Made by a program: the position numbers and the translations under genes. DNA of 12,630 nt from Candidatus Aenigmatarchaeota archaeon (GTDB lineage Archaea; Aenigmatarchaeota; Aenigmatarchaeia; CG10238-14; WAMV01). Numbering within the stretch: the stretch's first letter is position 1; every line of letters begins with the position of its first letter. Positions 1 through 8,230 of the stretch are shown piece by piece. The stretch lies in NCBI GenBank assembly GCA_015522145.1, contig WAMV01000018.1:1-12630 (forward strand). The letters run 5' to 3'. The notes beneath the pieces are model-generated. The model ran no database searches and had not been told where the DNA came from. It saw nothing but the letters and a program-made list of their open reading frames with translations.

Positions 1-252
1 GGTGGTGGGGCCTTTGGATAAGATTGTTTTGAAATTTCCTTTTAGTTTGAGTTTTTTAGTTACTTTTAGGAAAATATCTGGTCTACAGGCATCTAGGATT
101 ATTAGAAATTTCCAGTCTTGGGTAAAGATGTCTGTACCTGGGGTTAGTTTGTATATCAATCCAGACAAAACATAATTAGAAAATCCATCTCTTAAGTAGA
201 ATGGATTAATTAAATTTTTTAACCTTGGTTTCTTACCCGAAACAGTAAACAT
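1..252 (-). CDS. Alkaline phosphatase/sulfatase-superfamily protein, archaeal 'DW..LIILDACR.D' type (N-terminal 84 aa; runs off the window edge)
   Basis: Not in the ORF track. Manual translation from ATG at 252 gives MFTVSGKKPRLKNLINPFYLRDGFSNYVLSGLIYKLTPGTDIFTQDWKFLIILDACRPDIFLKVTKKLKLKGNFKTILSKGPTT, open to base 1. LIILDACR.D is the first metal-ligand strand of the AlkP/sulfatase fold, and S.G..T is the expected nucleophile region. There is an in-frame stop upstream at 268-270. Confidence 0.8.
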   Translation of the reverse strand, partial: MFTVSGKKPRLKNLINPFYLRDGFSNYVLSGLIYKLTPGTDIFTQDWKFLIILDACRPDIFLKVTKKLKLKGNFKTILSKGPTT

Positions 253-283
253 AAACTTAATTTCATGTTATAAAAATTAAATT
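253..283. promoter_or_regulatory. Very short (31 bp) divergent promoter region
   Basis: AT-rich gap (aaacttaatttcatgttataaaaattaaatt) between divergent ATGs at 252 (-) and 284 (+). It contains TATA-like TTATAAAA/TTTTATAA and no Shine-Dalgarno, which fits leaderless archaeal transcripts. Exact boxes cannot be resolved. Confidence 0.45.
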
Positions 284-1336
284 ATGGATTTTGATTTTTC
301 TATGGTCACCACATGGAACAGAGTTGATGGGATAGCTGATTTCTCCAAACATTTGGTAAAAGGATTTGAAAAGCTTGGGAAAAGGGTGGAAATTGTAGAA
401 ATAAAAAAACCGGGGAATAAAAATCCCATTTATTGGATTAAGCTTGCTAAAAAAACAAGAAGCAAAAAAATACTAATTCAATATGAGCATGGAATTTGGG
501 GGACAAGATTTACTAATCTAGCTGTAATCCCATTCTTTCTCGTAAGTAAACTGAGAAAGAAGGAAATTTATTCTATAATACATACATACTTTATTCCAAC
601 AGGAGGATTGAAAGGATTTATAAGAAAAATAATGTACTATCCTGCCAGAAAAGTTGTTGAGCTTCTTTCTAATAAAGTTATTTTTTTGAATGAAGCCTCT
701 TATAAACTATCCAACAGTAAAAACAAAGTTTACATACCCCATGGATGTCTGGAAGAACAAGAAAGATTGAATAAAGAAAAATGTAAAAAAACATATGGGT
801 TTAGCAAAAAAGATATTGTTATAGTAATCCCAGGTTTCGTTTCTCCCTGGAAGGGTCATCAAAAGGCTATAGAATTTTTAGAATATTTGCCTCAGAACTT
901 CAAACTATTTATTGCTGGCTACATATCACATTGGAAACAAAAATTGTTTTACAAAGAACTTAAAGAATTTGTTAAGGAGAGAGGATTAAAAAACAGGGTG
1001 AAATTTTTGGATAGGTTTGTTAAAAAAAATGAATGGAAATACATCTTTAGCTTGGCAGACGTTGTGATATTTCCATATTTATTAACAACCCAAAGCGGAA
1101 TATTCAATGTAGCAATATCTTATAAAGTTCCTATAGTTGCTAGTCAACAGCCTTTTTTTGTTGAAGTTAAAAGAAAGTACGACTGTATAATTATAAGTAG
1201 TATAGAAGATTTTCCAAAAAATATTATAACTGCAATGAAAAAAGAAAAGGTGCTCGCTAAAAAATCAGAGAAATACATAAAAGAAAGAAACTGGGGTTCC
1301 ATGGCTAAAAAATTTGTTAATTTAATGGGGGTTTGA
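284..1336 (+). CDS. GT4 (GT-B fold) glycosyltransferase, mannosyltransferase-like subgroup
   Basis: Motifs: N-terminal DGIADFSKHL, QYEHGIWG, IPHG, PGFVSPWKG, ADVVIFPY..TQSG...A..Y.VPIVAS, and C-terminal RNW...A. Confidence 0.9.
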   Translation: MDFDFSMVTTWNRVDGIADFSKHLVKGFEKLGKRVEIVEIKKPGNKNPIYWIKLAKKTRSKKILIQYEHGIWGTRFTNLAVIPFFLVSKLRKKEIYSIIHTYFIPTGGLKGFIRKIMYYPARKVVELLSNKVIFLNEASYKLSNSKNKVYIPHGCLEEQERLNKEKCKKTYGFSKKDIVIVIPGFVSPWKGHQKAIEFLEYLPQNFKLFIAGYISHWKQKLFYKELKEFVKERGLKNRVKFLDRFVKKNEWKYIFSLADVVIFPYLLTTQSGIFNVAISYKVPIVASQQPFFVEVKRKYDCIIISSIEDFPKNIITAMKKEKVLAKKSEKYIKERNWGSMAKKFVNLMGV

Positions 1337-2094
1337 TGATAATCGGAATGTTTAGAAGGGCAAAAACTTACATAAGCTTAGGAAAGAGGTTGATAGATAG
1401 ACTAAGGATTATTATAATGATATCTTCTTTTTATCAAAGATTGAAGAAATTTGGTTGGCTCGGTAAAAACACTAAAGTCATCGTCAACGGCTTAGAATTT
1501 GAACTACCAGACACTGTTAGTTTTTACATACTGTTAAGCGAAAAGGAAGTAGAAAGATTGCTCAGAAAAAGAGTCAAGAAAGGTTGTGTATTTGTAGACG
1601 TAGGCGCCCACATAGGTAAATATTCCATTCTTGTAGCTACCATGTGTAAAAAAGTGTATGCTGTTGAACCGAATAGTTTAGCTCTGAAATATTTAAGATA
1701 CAATGTTAGGATAAATGGTTTGAATAATGTGAAAATTCTAAATTTTGCGGCCTGGGACAAAAATACTCAGCTTGAGTTGTTTTATCCTGGTGGGAGTGGA
1801 GGGGTTAACTTATTTAAAAGAGGTAAACTAATTCAGAAAGTTATAGCAAAAAGGCTTGACGATGTAATCAAAGATAAAGTAGATATAGTAAAGATAGATG
1901 TGGAAGGTGCGGAATACAAAGTTCTGCTTGGAATGAAAGGAATTTTGAAAAGATATAAGCCTTTACTAATTGTAGAAATACAGAACGAGAATAAGAAAAA
2001 GGTTTTTGAACTGCTAAAGAGATATTCATATAAAGGCAAAAAATTATGGAAGGGTATAGGTCAAGAGTACTGGGTATTCGAGGCCAAAAAATGA
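1336..2094 (+). CDS. FkbM-family SAM-dependent methyltransferase
   Basis: Motifs VFVDVGAHIGKYS (SAM motif I), VYAVEPN, LDD, KIDVEGAEYKVLLG and P.LIVE. The ATG at 1336 overlaps the upstream TGA (TGATG) and follows GGGGG. The track start is TTG at 1333. Confidence 0.92.
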   Translation: MIIGMFRRAKTYISLGKRLIDRLRIIIMISSFYQRLKKFGWLGKNTKVIVNGLEFELPDTVSFYILLSEKEVERLLRKRVKKGCVFVDVGAHIGKYSILVATMCKKVYAVEPNSLALKYLRYNVRINGLNNVKILNFAAWDKNTQLELFYPGGSGGVNLFKRGKLIQKVIAKRLDDVIKDKVDIVKIDVEGAEYKVLLGMKGILKRYKPLLIVEIQNENKKKVFELLKRYSYKGKKLWKGIGQEYWVFEAKK

Positions 2095-2171
2095 AAAAGA
2101 AGAAGAAAGACTGGAAAGAAATAATGAAAGAAAGGTTAAAGGATTTGGGGTATTTTGATGAAGAGGAATGA
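2091..2171 (+). CDS. Unannotated 26-aa micro-protein MKKKKKDWKEIMKERLKDLGYFDEEE (stand-alone RLxxLGY motif)
   Basis: ATGA overlap with the FkbM stop, SD-like GAGG at 2080-2083, fills the whole FkbM-cysD gap and overlaps the cysD start by 14 nt. EIMKERLKDLGYF aligns ungapped with the CysD tail EYVMQKLRALGYM. Confidence 0.7.
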   Translation: MKKKKKDWKEIMKERLKDLGYFDEEE

Positions 2172-2973
2172 ATTGCAAGAACTAGAAGCAAAAAGCATAT
2201 TCATAATAAGAGAAGCTTACAGAGTTTTTAAAAACAAAATAGCAATACTAGCTAGCTTTGGTAAAGATTCCACAACCTTGCTTTATTTGGTTAGAAAGGC
2301 TTTTCTTGGTCATGTGCCTATGCCAGTAATACACTTAGATGCTCAAACTGAGTTTGAGCAAGTTTATGAGTTTAGGGATAAGCTTGCTAAAGAATGGAAG
2401 CTTAAGCTAATCGTTGAAAAATACGGCAAAGGTATAGATGAGTCAGAAGAAGCAAAAAAAGTTTGTCATTGTACTTTATTCAAGACACAGGCTTTAAAAA
2501 GAGTTGTAGCTAAGTATGGCTTCAAAGCTTTAATAGTTGCTATAAGAAGGGACGAGCATGGCATAAGAGCTAAAGAAAGATACTTTAGCCCAAGAAAGAA
2601 TTTTACTTGGGATTATCTAAGGCAGCCACCAGAACTTTGGGAGCAATTTAACGTTTCTTTAAGCTTAAGCAAGGACATGCATATAAGAGTACATCCCATG
2701 CTTCATTGGCGCGAAATTGATGTGTGGCAATACATTAAGCAGGAGAGAATTCCAATAGTTAACCTTTATTTCTCGGGAGTAATTAAGAAAGGTTATAGAT
2801 ATCGTAGCCTTGGTTGTAAAAATTGTACTGTGCCTATACCCAGTCAGGCTAAAAACATAGATGAGATAATTGAAGAATTGAAAACCACAGAAATTGGAGA
2901 AAGAGCTGGAAGATTAAAGGGTAAAGAAAAAGAATATGTTATGCAAAAGTTAAGGGCTCTTGGCTACATGTGA
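2158..2973 (+). CDS. cysD: Sulfate adenylyltransferase (ATP sulfurylase) subunit 2
   Basis: Motifs LEAKSIFIIRE, PP-loop SFGKDST, RRDE...RAKERYFSPR, QPPELW, RVHP...W.EIDVWQYI..ERIPIVNLYF, YRSLGC, ERAGR and C-terminal LGYM. Lies directly upstream of a CysN-like GTPase. ATG at 2158 is preceded by GGGGT; the track start is TTG at 2155. Confidence 0.9.
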   Translation: MKRNELQELEAKSIFIIREAYRVFKNKIAILASFGKDSTTLLYLVRKAFLGHVPMPVIHLDAQTEFEQVYEFRDKLAKEWKLKLIVEKYGKGIDESEEAKKVCHCTLFKTQALKRVVAKYGFKALIVAIRRDEHGIRAKERYFSPRKNFTWDYLRQPPELWEQFNVSLSLSKDMHIRVHPMLHWREIDVWQYIKQERIPIVNLYFSGVIKKGYRYRSLGCKNCTVPIPSQAKNIDEIIEELKTTEIGERAGRLKGKEKEYVMQKLRALGYM

Positions 2974-2978
2974 TTTTT

Positions 2979-4157
2979 ATGTTAAGCATAGCCTTACTTG
3001 GTCATGTAGACCATGGAAAATCAACACTCATTGGAAGGCTTGTTTATGATACGAAATCATTGCCAAAAGAAAGGCTTGAGGAAATTGAGAATGTAGCAAG
3101 AGCTCTAGGCCAAAAGCTAGAGTTTGCGCATGTGGTGGATGCTTTAGAGGAAGAAAGATTAGAGCAAAAAACAATAGAAGCAAGTCAAACATTTTTTAGA
3201 ACGAAGAAAAGGGAATATGTTTTAATTGACGTGCCAGGCCATAAAGAGTACATAAAAAACATGGCTACTGGGGCAAGTTTTGCTAAGTTTGGCATACTTA
3301 TTGTAGATGTTACTAAGGGTATAGAGGAACAAACAAAGAGACATGCTTTCCTAGCAAAATTACTTGGAATAAACAATGTAATTGTGGTAATAAACAAAAT
3401 GGATCTAGTAAATTATAAAAAGAAAAAGTTTAACTTAGTTTGCAAGAAAGTTAATGAACTGCTTGAAAAACTAAAATTAAAAAAAGTTGCATGCATACCA
3501 ATTTCGGCATATTATGGAGATAACGTTGTAAAAAGAAGTAAAAAAATGGATTGGTATAGAGGAAGGACCTTAGTAGAAGTTTTAGATTCATTAAAAGAAG
3601 GGGAGGAAAAGGGAAAGACAACGCTTGTTGTTCAGGATAATTATGATGGTTTGGCATTTGCCTATTTAATTAAAGGTTCTCTACATGTTGGGCAAAAATT
3701 AACATGTTATCCTGAAAAGAAGGTTGTTAGGATTGAGGAAATTCTAGATGGTGATAAAAAAGTGAAAAGGGTTGATGCGCCTAAAGCAATAGCTATAAAA
3801 ACAAACAAAAAAGTTAAGAGAGGTGATGTTCTTTCATTATCGAAATTAAATACGAAATCAAGCTTTAGGACAAGGTTGTTCTGCTTGGATAGCAAAATAA
3901 TCGAGAATAAAAAATACAAGCTAAGGTTATTTACCCAAGAAAGAGAAGCTGAAGTTAAGAAAATAGAAAGCGTCGTATCCCTAAAAGATTTGAAAGAGAA
4001 AAAAGCAAAGCATTTGAAGTTGGGAGATATAGGCATAGTGAAACTAAGAACAAATCATAAGATTGTTTATTCAAATTTTGAAGAAATGAGAGAGCTAGCT
4101 AGATTTGTTATACTAAATAGAAAGGGTCAAATAATAGCAGGTGGTGTAATTTTTTAA
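2979..4157 (+). CDS. cysN: Sulfate adenylyltransferase subunit 1 (EF-Tu-like GTPase), no fused APS kinase domain
   Basis: G-motifs GHVDHGKSTLIGRL, DALEEER..KTI, DVPGHKEYIKNMATGAS, NKMD and ISAYYGDNVV..S..MDWY.G.TL. C-terminal RFVI...IIAGGVI. Adjacent to cysD. Alternative start is GTG at 2970. Confidence 0.88.
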   Translation: MLSIALLGHVDHGKSTLIGRLVYDTKSLPKERLEEIENVARALGQKLEFAHVVDALEEERLEQKTIEASQTFFRTKKREYVLIDVPGHKEYIKNMATGASFAKFGILIVDVTKGIEEQTKRHAFLAKLLGINNVIVVINKMDLVNYKKKKFNLVCKKVNELLEKLKLKKVACIPISAYYGDNVVKRSKKMDWYRGRTLVEVLDSLKEGEEKGKTTLVVQDNYDGLAFAYLIKGSLHVGQKLTCYPEKKVVRIEEILDGDKKVKRVDAPKAIAIKTNKKVKRGDVLSLSKLNTKSSFRTRLFCLDSKIIENKKYKLRLFTQEREAEVKKIESVVSLKDLKEKKAKHLKLGDIGIVKLRTNHKIVYSNFEEMRELARFVILNRKGQIIAGGVIF

Positions 4158-4179
4158 CTACTAAGCTTTTATTTTGATT

Positions 4180-4989
4180 ATGCAACTAGTAAGCATTAAC
4201 ATCCCAACTTTTAATTCTGGAAAAACGCTAGAGAAAACATTGGAAAGTGTTAAAAATCAAACTTACAAGAACACAGAGGTTATTGTCATAGATAGTTATA
4301 GTAAAGACAATACTGTTGAAATTGCTAAGCAATATGGCGCTAAAGTTTACTATTACAAAGGTGCTTTGCTTGGAGCAAGATATCTTGGTGTAAAAAAAAG
4401 TAAGGGTGAATATATTTTGCTATTGGACTCTGATCAAATACTGGAAAAAACAGCTGTAGCTAGAGCCGTTAAGCTAATGAAAAAATGCGATATGCTCTGG
4501 TTGGAAGAGAGAAGCTATAAACCAAAAGGTTTTTTGGAAAAAATCTATGACGCTGATAGGCAGCTGGTTCAAAAACATTACAAAGATTTTTTAAATCCTT
4601 TGGGTGGCGTTATTTTGCCTAGGTTTTTTAAGAGAAAATTGTTGCTAAAAGCTATGAATAACATTCCTAAAAACATACTGAGAATTTGCGTTGCCCACGA
4701 CCACGCTATAATTTACTATGAATGTTATAAGCTGAGTAAGAAAATAGGAAAGCTTAGTCATGCGGTCTACCATATAGAGCCTTCTAACATACTAAAATTG
4801 TTCAAGAAAACTGTTCGCTACGGTAAAACAACTAAAATGCTTGTAGAAAAAAATGTATATCCTGAGCTTCTGAAAAGTAAAGTTAGGTTTAGAAAATTTT
4901 ACAAGGAAGACTTAAGTCTTTCGATAAAAAGTATGATGCTCAGAACAATAAGAGCTGTACCTTACATGCTTGGTTATTATTTAGCTTAA
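4180..4989 (+). CDS. GT2 (GT-A fold) glycosyltransferase
   Basis: Motifs VSINIPTFNS, LESVKNQTY, VIDSYSKDNT, AR..G...SKGEYILLLDSD (DxD). ATG at 4180; the track start is TTG at 4174. Confidence 0.92.
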   Translation: MQLVSINIPTFNSGKTLEKTLESVKNQTYKNTEVIVIDSYSKDNTVEIAKQYGAKVYYYKGALLGARYLGVKKSKGEYILLLDSDQILEKTAVARAVKLMKKCDMLWLEERSYKPKGFLEKIYDADRQLVQKHYKDFLNPLGGVILPRFFKRKLLLKAMNNIPKNILRICVAHDHAIIYYECYKLSKKIGKLSHAVYHIEPSNILKLFKKTVRYGKTTKMLVEKNVYPELLKSKVRFRKFYKEDLSLSIKSMMLRTIRAVPYMLGYYLA

Positions 4990-5002
4990 AAGAATTTTAA
5001 TT

Positions 5003-6124
5003 ATGGAAGTTAGCATTGTGTCATCCTTCCCAGAGATGAATTGTGGTATCGCACAATATACCTATCAGCTTGTGAAACATTTGAGTAAAAATATATTCGT
5101 TAGGGTTTACACACATAAAGAATCGAACCCAAAGAAATTAAAGAATGTTGAGGTTGTCAAAGCATTTGATAGAAACGATTTTTTCTCTTATATAAAGCTG
5201 AAGAATTTGCTTAAGGAAGAGAAAATTGTTCATGTACAACATGAGCACGGACTTTATGGTAAATTTGGTGGTCCTTTTAACGGATTGTTTGGAATTTACC
5301 TCTTAAGGAAATTGAGAAAAGCTATAGTTACATTACATACTGTGTTTACTCCTAGTTATATCCTTGGGTATTATGATTTTTTGAAAAGGTATAATCCAAT
5401 AGTAGGAAAAACCATCCTAAGAAATTTCGTTTCTGCTGGTATTTATCTAAGAGAATTTTTAGTATTTCCCAAAAAACATGTCTACATAGTTCATTCCTAT
5501 GAACAAAAGAAAGTTCTAAATGAAAGAGGTATCAAGAATGTTTACGTAATCAGACATGGTGTGCCTGTAATAAAAAGACTAAGAAAAAGGAAAAGAAGAG
5601 AGTTAACTTTGCTCTGTTTTGGGTTTGTTGATTACAGAAAGAATTATGAGCTTGTAATCAAAGCTATGAAATTTCTGGATGCAAAACTAATCATAGCCGG
5701 TAAGGCCAATGAATCGTATTTGACCTTGCTTAAAAAATTAGCTACTAAGCATGGTGTTCAAGATAAAGTAACCTTTATCAACAAATTCCTAAGTGAAGAG
5801 GAAAAGAAAAGGATTTTTGAAAATTCTGATATATTAGTTTATCCCGTGCTTTCTATGAGTCAGAGCGGAGTGGTTTCTGATGCTATAAGCTTTAGAATTC
5901 CTGTAATAGTCGGTGCTTTTCCCTATGTAAAGGAACTTTTCCGAGAATTTGGAAATTTGGGTTATTTAATTAAATCGAATGATGAAAAAGAAATAGTGAA
6001 AGGAATAAATTTCATAACAAACAATTACAAAAAAATAAAGAATAGCCTTGAGAAGGCATATAAAGAAATAAATTGGGAAAAAACAGCTAGGAAACATTTG
6101 AAAATTTATGAGGTGTTTATGTGA
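5003..6124 (+). CDS. GT4 (GT-B fold) glycosyltransferase, same subgroup as 284..1336
   Basis: Motifs CGIAQYTYQL, HVQHEHGLYG, VTLHT, IRHG, FGFVDYRKNYE, SDILVYP..SQSGVVSDAISFRIPVI and NWEKTARKHLKIY. Confidence 0.9.
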   Translation: MEVSIVSSFPEMNCGIAQYTYQLVKHLSKNIFVRVYTHKESNPKKLKNVEVVKAFDRNDFFSYIKLKNLLKEEKIVHVQHEHGLYGKFGGPFNGLFGIYLLRKLRKAIVTLHTVFTPSYILGYYDFLKRYNPIVGKTILRNFVSAGIYLREFLVFPKKHVYIVHSYEQKKVLNERGIKNVYVIRHGVPVIKRLRKRKRRELTLLCFGFVDYRKNYELVIKAMKFLDAKLIIAGKANESYLTLLKKLATKHGVQDKVTFINKFLSEEEKKRIFENSDILVYPVLSMSQSGVVSDAISFRIPVIVGAFPYVKELFREFGNLGYLIKSNDEKEIVKGINFITNNYKKIKNSLEKAYKEINWEKTARKHLKIYEVFM

Positions 6125-6816
6125 TACTCATATTAGCGTATGATGGTCTAGAATACAATTACGTTGGGGAATTTAATCTTAAAGGACTCATGCAGAAAGA
6201 TTTTGGAAAAACCGATATTAGCGAGTTTTCTGAGCCAAGAACCATGGTTTTGTGGTCTTCTTTTTTAGCTGGAAAAAATCTAGAGAAAAGAATACTAAAG
6301 CTAAAGAACATTTGGAAGTTTAAGCTTAAGCCAAAAGAAACCTTCTTTAAACATTTCAAAAAATGGAAGGCTATAGATGTACCTGGCTTAACTCATAAAG
6401 AAGAGGAACATGAACTAGAAAGAAAGCTTTTGAAGATGTATTTTGAAGAAAATTTAAGCATAAAGGAATATGATAAAATTGTTTTCGAGCACCACAAAGA
6501 AAACAAAGAGGAATTTTTTAAATCGCTGGAAGAGGATTATGAAATAATAATGGCTTATTTTCCGTTAGCGGATTTAATCGGTCATCTAAGCTTTGGATTA
6601 AAAAGTAAGATGAGGTTAGTTTACAAAGAGTTGGAAAGCATAGCAAAAAAAGTTGAAGCTGACTTCAAGCTAATAATTTCTGACCACGGTATGAAGGCTG
6701 TTGGTAGGTATGGTGATCACAGCAATTATGGTTTTTGGTCTACCAACAAAAAGCTTGGTACTAAGAATCCTAAAATTACAGATTTTGCAACTTTAATTTT
6801 AAATTTCTCAAAATAA
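6121..6816 (+). CDS. Compact alkaline phosphatase-superfamily protein (type I phosphodiesterase/nucleotide pyrophosphatase-like)
   Basis: Metal-ligand and catalytic motifs ILAYDG, PRTMVLWSSFLAG (Thr41 at the nucleophile position), DLIGH, IISDHG and GDHS..G. The GTG start overlaps the upstream TGA, with SD GAGGTG at 6110-6115. No signal peptide or TM segment is evident. Confidence 0.85.
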   Translation: MILILAYDGLEYNYVGEFNLKGLMQKDFGKTDISEFSEPRTMVLWSSFLAGKNLEKRILKLKNIWKFKLKPKETFFKHFKKWKAIDVPGLTHKEEEHELERKLLKMYFEENLSIKEYDKIVFEHHKENKEEFFKSLEEDYEIIMAYFPLADLIGHLSFGLKSKMRLVYKELESIAKKVEADFKLIISDHGMKAVGRYGDHSNYGFWSTNKKLGTKNPKITDFATLILNFSK

Positions 6817-8230
6817 ACGATGTAAAGAATTCTACATCATTTTTGCTTATAACCTTAGAAATAATTAAAGATTTGAAATAGACAATGAATGAAAAAAGAA
6901 TAAGAATCAGCTTATAGGTTAAAGCTGCTTCTATAAAATCTATGATTAACTGAAGGAATAGAAAAATTAGCAGAGAAATTATGAAAGCAAATGTTTGTTT
7001 TTTATCAAATCTAATTCCTATTTTTTCTTCTTTTACTAAAACATAAAGAGAAAAAATTGATACAAATGAAAAGACTAACAAATATGATAGGGATGCGCCA
7101 AAAACACCATAATAATAAGTTAATGTAATCAAAACAGGTATAAATACTAGAGAAATTAGTTTCAAGTTCACTACATCTCTAATTTTACCTAGGGAGAAAA
7201 GAATAGAAGAAGTGTGCCTGAATAGTATCATGAAAAAGAATCCTATTGTTAAGGGTGCAACAAGACTGGATGCATCTAAATACTCATAAGACGATAAAAG
7301 CAAAACTATGGCATCTTGAAATACAATGAAAGATAAAATTAGCGGGAGTGAAAAAATCAATGTGTACTTTAAATAAAAGTTAAAAAGTCTAGATATTCTT
7401 GTTTTGTTCCTATAATTTCTGGAAAAAAGCGGGAAGGTTGATTGTAATAGTATTATACTGAAGATAAAGATTAGCCTAGAAGCGCTTTGTGCAAGAGAGA
7501 AAATACCTGTTGCCTGTTGTGTTATTAATAAGGGTATTATTATAAAGGGTGCTACGCTTATTACATTATCCACTAAAGCTGATATGAAATTGGTAAGTGA
7601 AAAGCTAAACAATCTTTTTTTGAGTTTGGAAATTTCTCTTCCTGGCTTTTCAAAAACAAAAAGAACGGCCAAAGAAAAAAACAATACATATGCTACAAAA
7701 ACTATGGTCGGTGTGATTCTATACAGGAAGGCAAGCAAAACAACAGAAGCTAAAATTAGAGAATATCTAAAAACGTTAGAAATGAATAATCTATTCATTC
7801 TTTGGAGTCCATAGTTAAAAGCATAGAACACATTAAAAATAGCTGTAGCTGGTATGAATAAAGCTATTAAAAATACGATTGTTCTGGGCAATTTCAAGTA
7901 GAAAGATAATAAGCCAGATAGAAGAGCTGTTATAAAAGCAAACGTAATAGAGGTTATCAAAACAAATCTAAATGTTATAGATAAGTACGCTTTTACTCTT
8001 CTGAAATTTCTCTCTTCCGCTATTAACTTGTTTAAAGCTCCTGGCAATCCAAATAAAGAAAGAAATGATAAAAAGTAAGCTATGTTTAAGGCGGTTGAAA
8101 AAATGCCTAGATCTGCTGGACTCATGAACTTTGCAAGAATTATTTTTAGCACCATTACAAACCCAAATAAGAAAAAGGTATTCAAGCTTAAGAAAAACAA
8201 ATTATAAGCTAACTGTTCTCTCAATTTCAT
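6776..8230 (-). CDS. Wzx/RfbX-like oligosaccharide flippase (MOP superfamily)
   Basis: 484 aa with roughly 12-14 hydrophobic segments. Motifs ILAKFMSPADLGIFS, FGLPGALNKLIAE, GIFSLAQS, FPLFSR and YYYGVFGASLS are typical of polysaccharide-export flippases. Confidence 0.85.
   Translation of the reverse strand: MKLREQLAYNLFFLSLNTFFLFGFVMVLKIILAKFMSPADLGIFSTALNIAYFLSFLSLFGLPGALNKLIAEERNFRRVKAYLSITFRFVLITSITFAFITALLSGLLSFYLKLPRTIVFLIALFIPATAIFNVFYAFNYGLQRMNRLFISNVFRYSLILASVVLLAFLYRITPTIVFVAYVLFFSLAVLFVFEKPGREISKLKKRLFSFSLTNFISALVDNVISVAPFIIIPLLITQQATGIFSLAQSASRLIFIFSIILLQSTFPLFSRNYRNKTRISRLFNFYLKYTLIFSLPLILSFIVFQDAIVLLLSSYEYLDASSLVAPLTIGFFFMILFRHTSSILFSLGKIRDVVNLKLISLVFIPVLITLTYYYGVFGASLSYLLVFSFVSIFSLYVLVKEEKIGIRFDKKQTFAFIISLLIFLFLQLIIDFIEAALTYKLILILFSFIVYFKSLIISKVISKNDVEFFTSFILRNLKLKLQNL

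Noticed and set aside
2080..2100. Programmed -1 frameshift fusing FkbM to the LGY peptide at C AAA AAA
   Set aside because: Not a canonical X XXY YYZ heptamer and no downstream structure is evident. The SD plus ATGA coupling explains independent initiation more simply. Kept only as an alternative to test.
2158..2973. Possible APS/PAPS reductase (CysH)
   Set aside because: It has CysD-specific RAKER.FS.R and QPPELW segments and a GY tail, lacks the C-terminal ECGLH of CysH, and is paired with cysN.
1524..4036. Short minus-strand ORFs (1524..1760, 1833..2039, 1868..2191, 3185..3397, 3451..3657, 3707..4036)
   Set aside because: Antisense shadows of well-supported plus-strand genes. Their Phe/Leu/Ser-rich composition is what the reverse of Lys/Glu-rich coding DNA gives, and they have no motifs.
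2979..4157. Possible EF-1alpha/SelB translation factor
   Set aside because: Adjacency to cysD and the DALEEER, KNMATGAS and GDNVV..S..M.WY segments fit CysN better.
4950..4989. GT2 C-terminus also contains LGY (PYMLGYYLA)
   Set aside because: It lacks the preceding charged helix and [RK]L of the RLxxLGY motif, and looks like an ordinary hydrophobic GT2 end.
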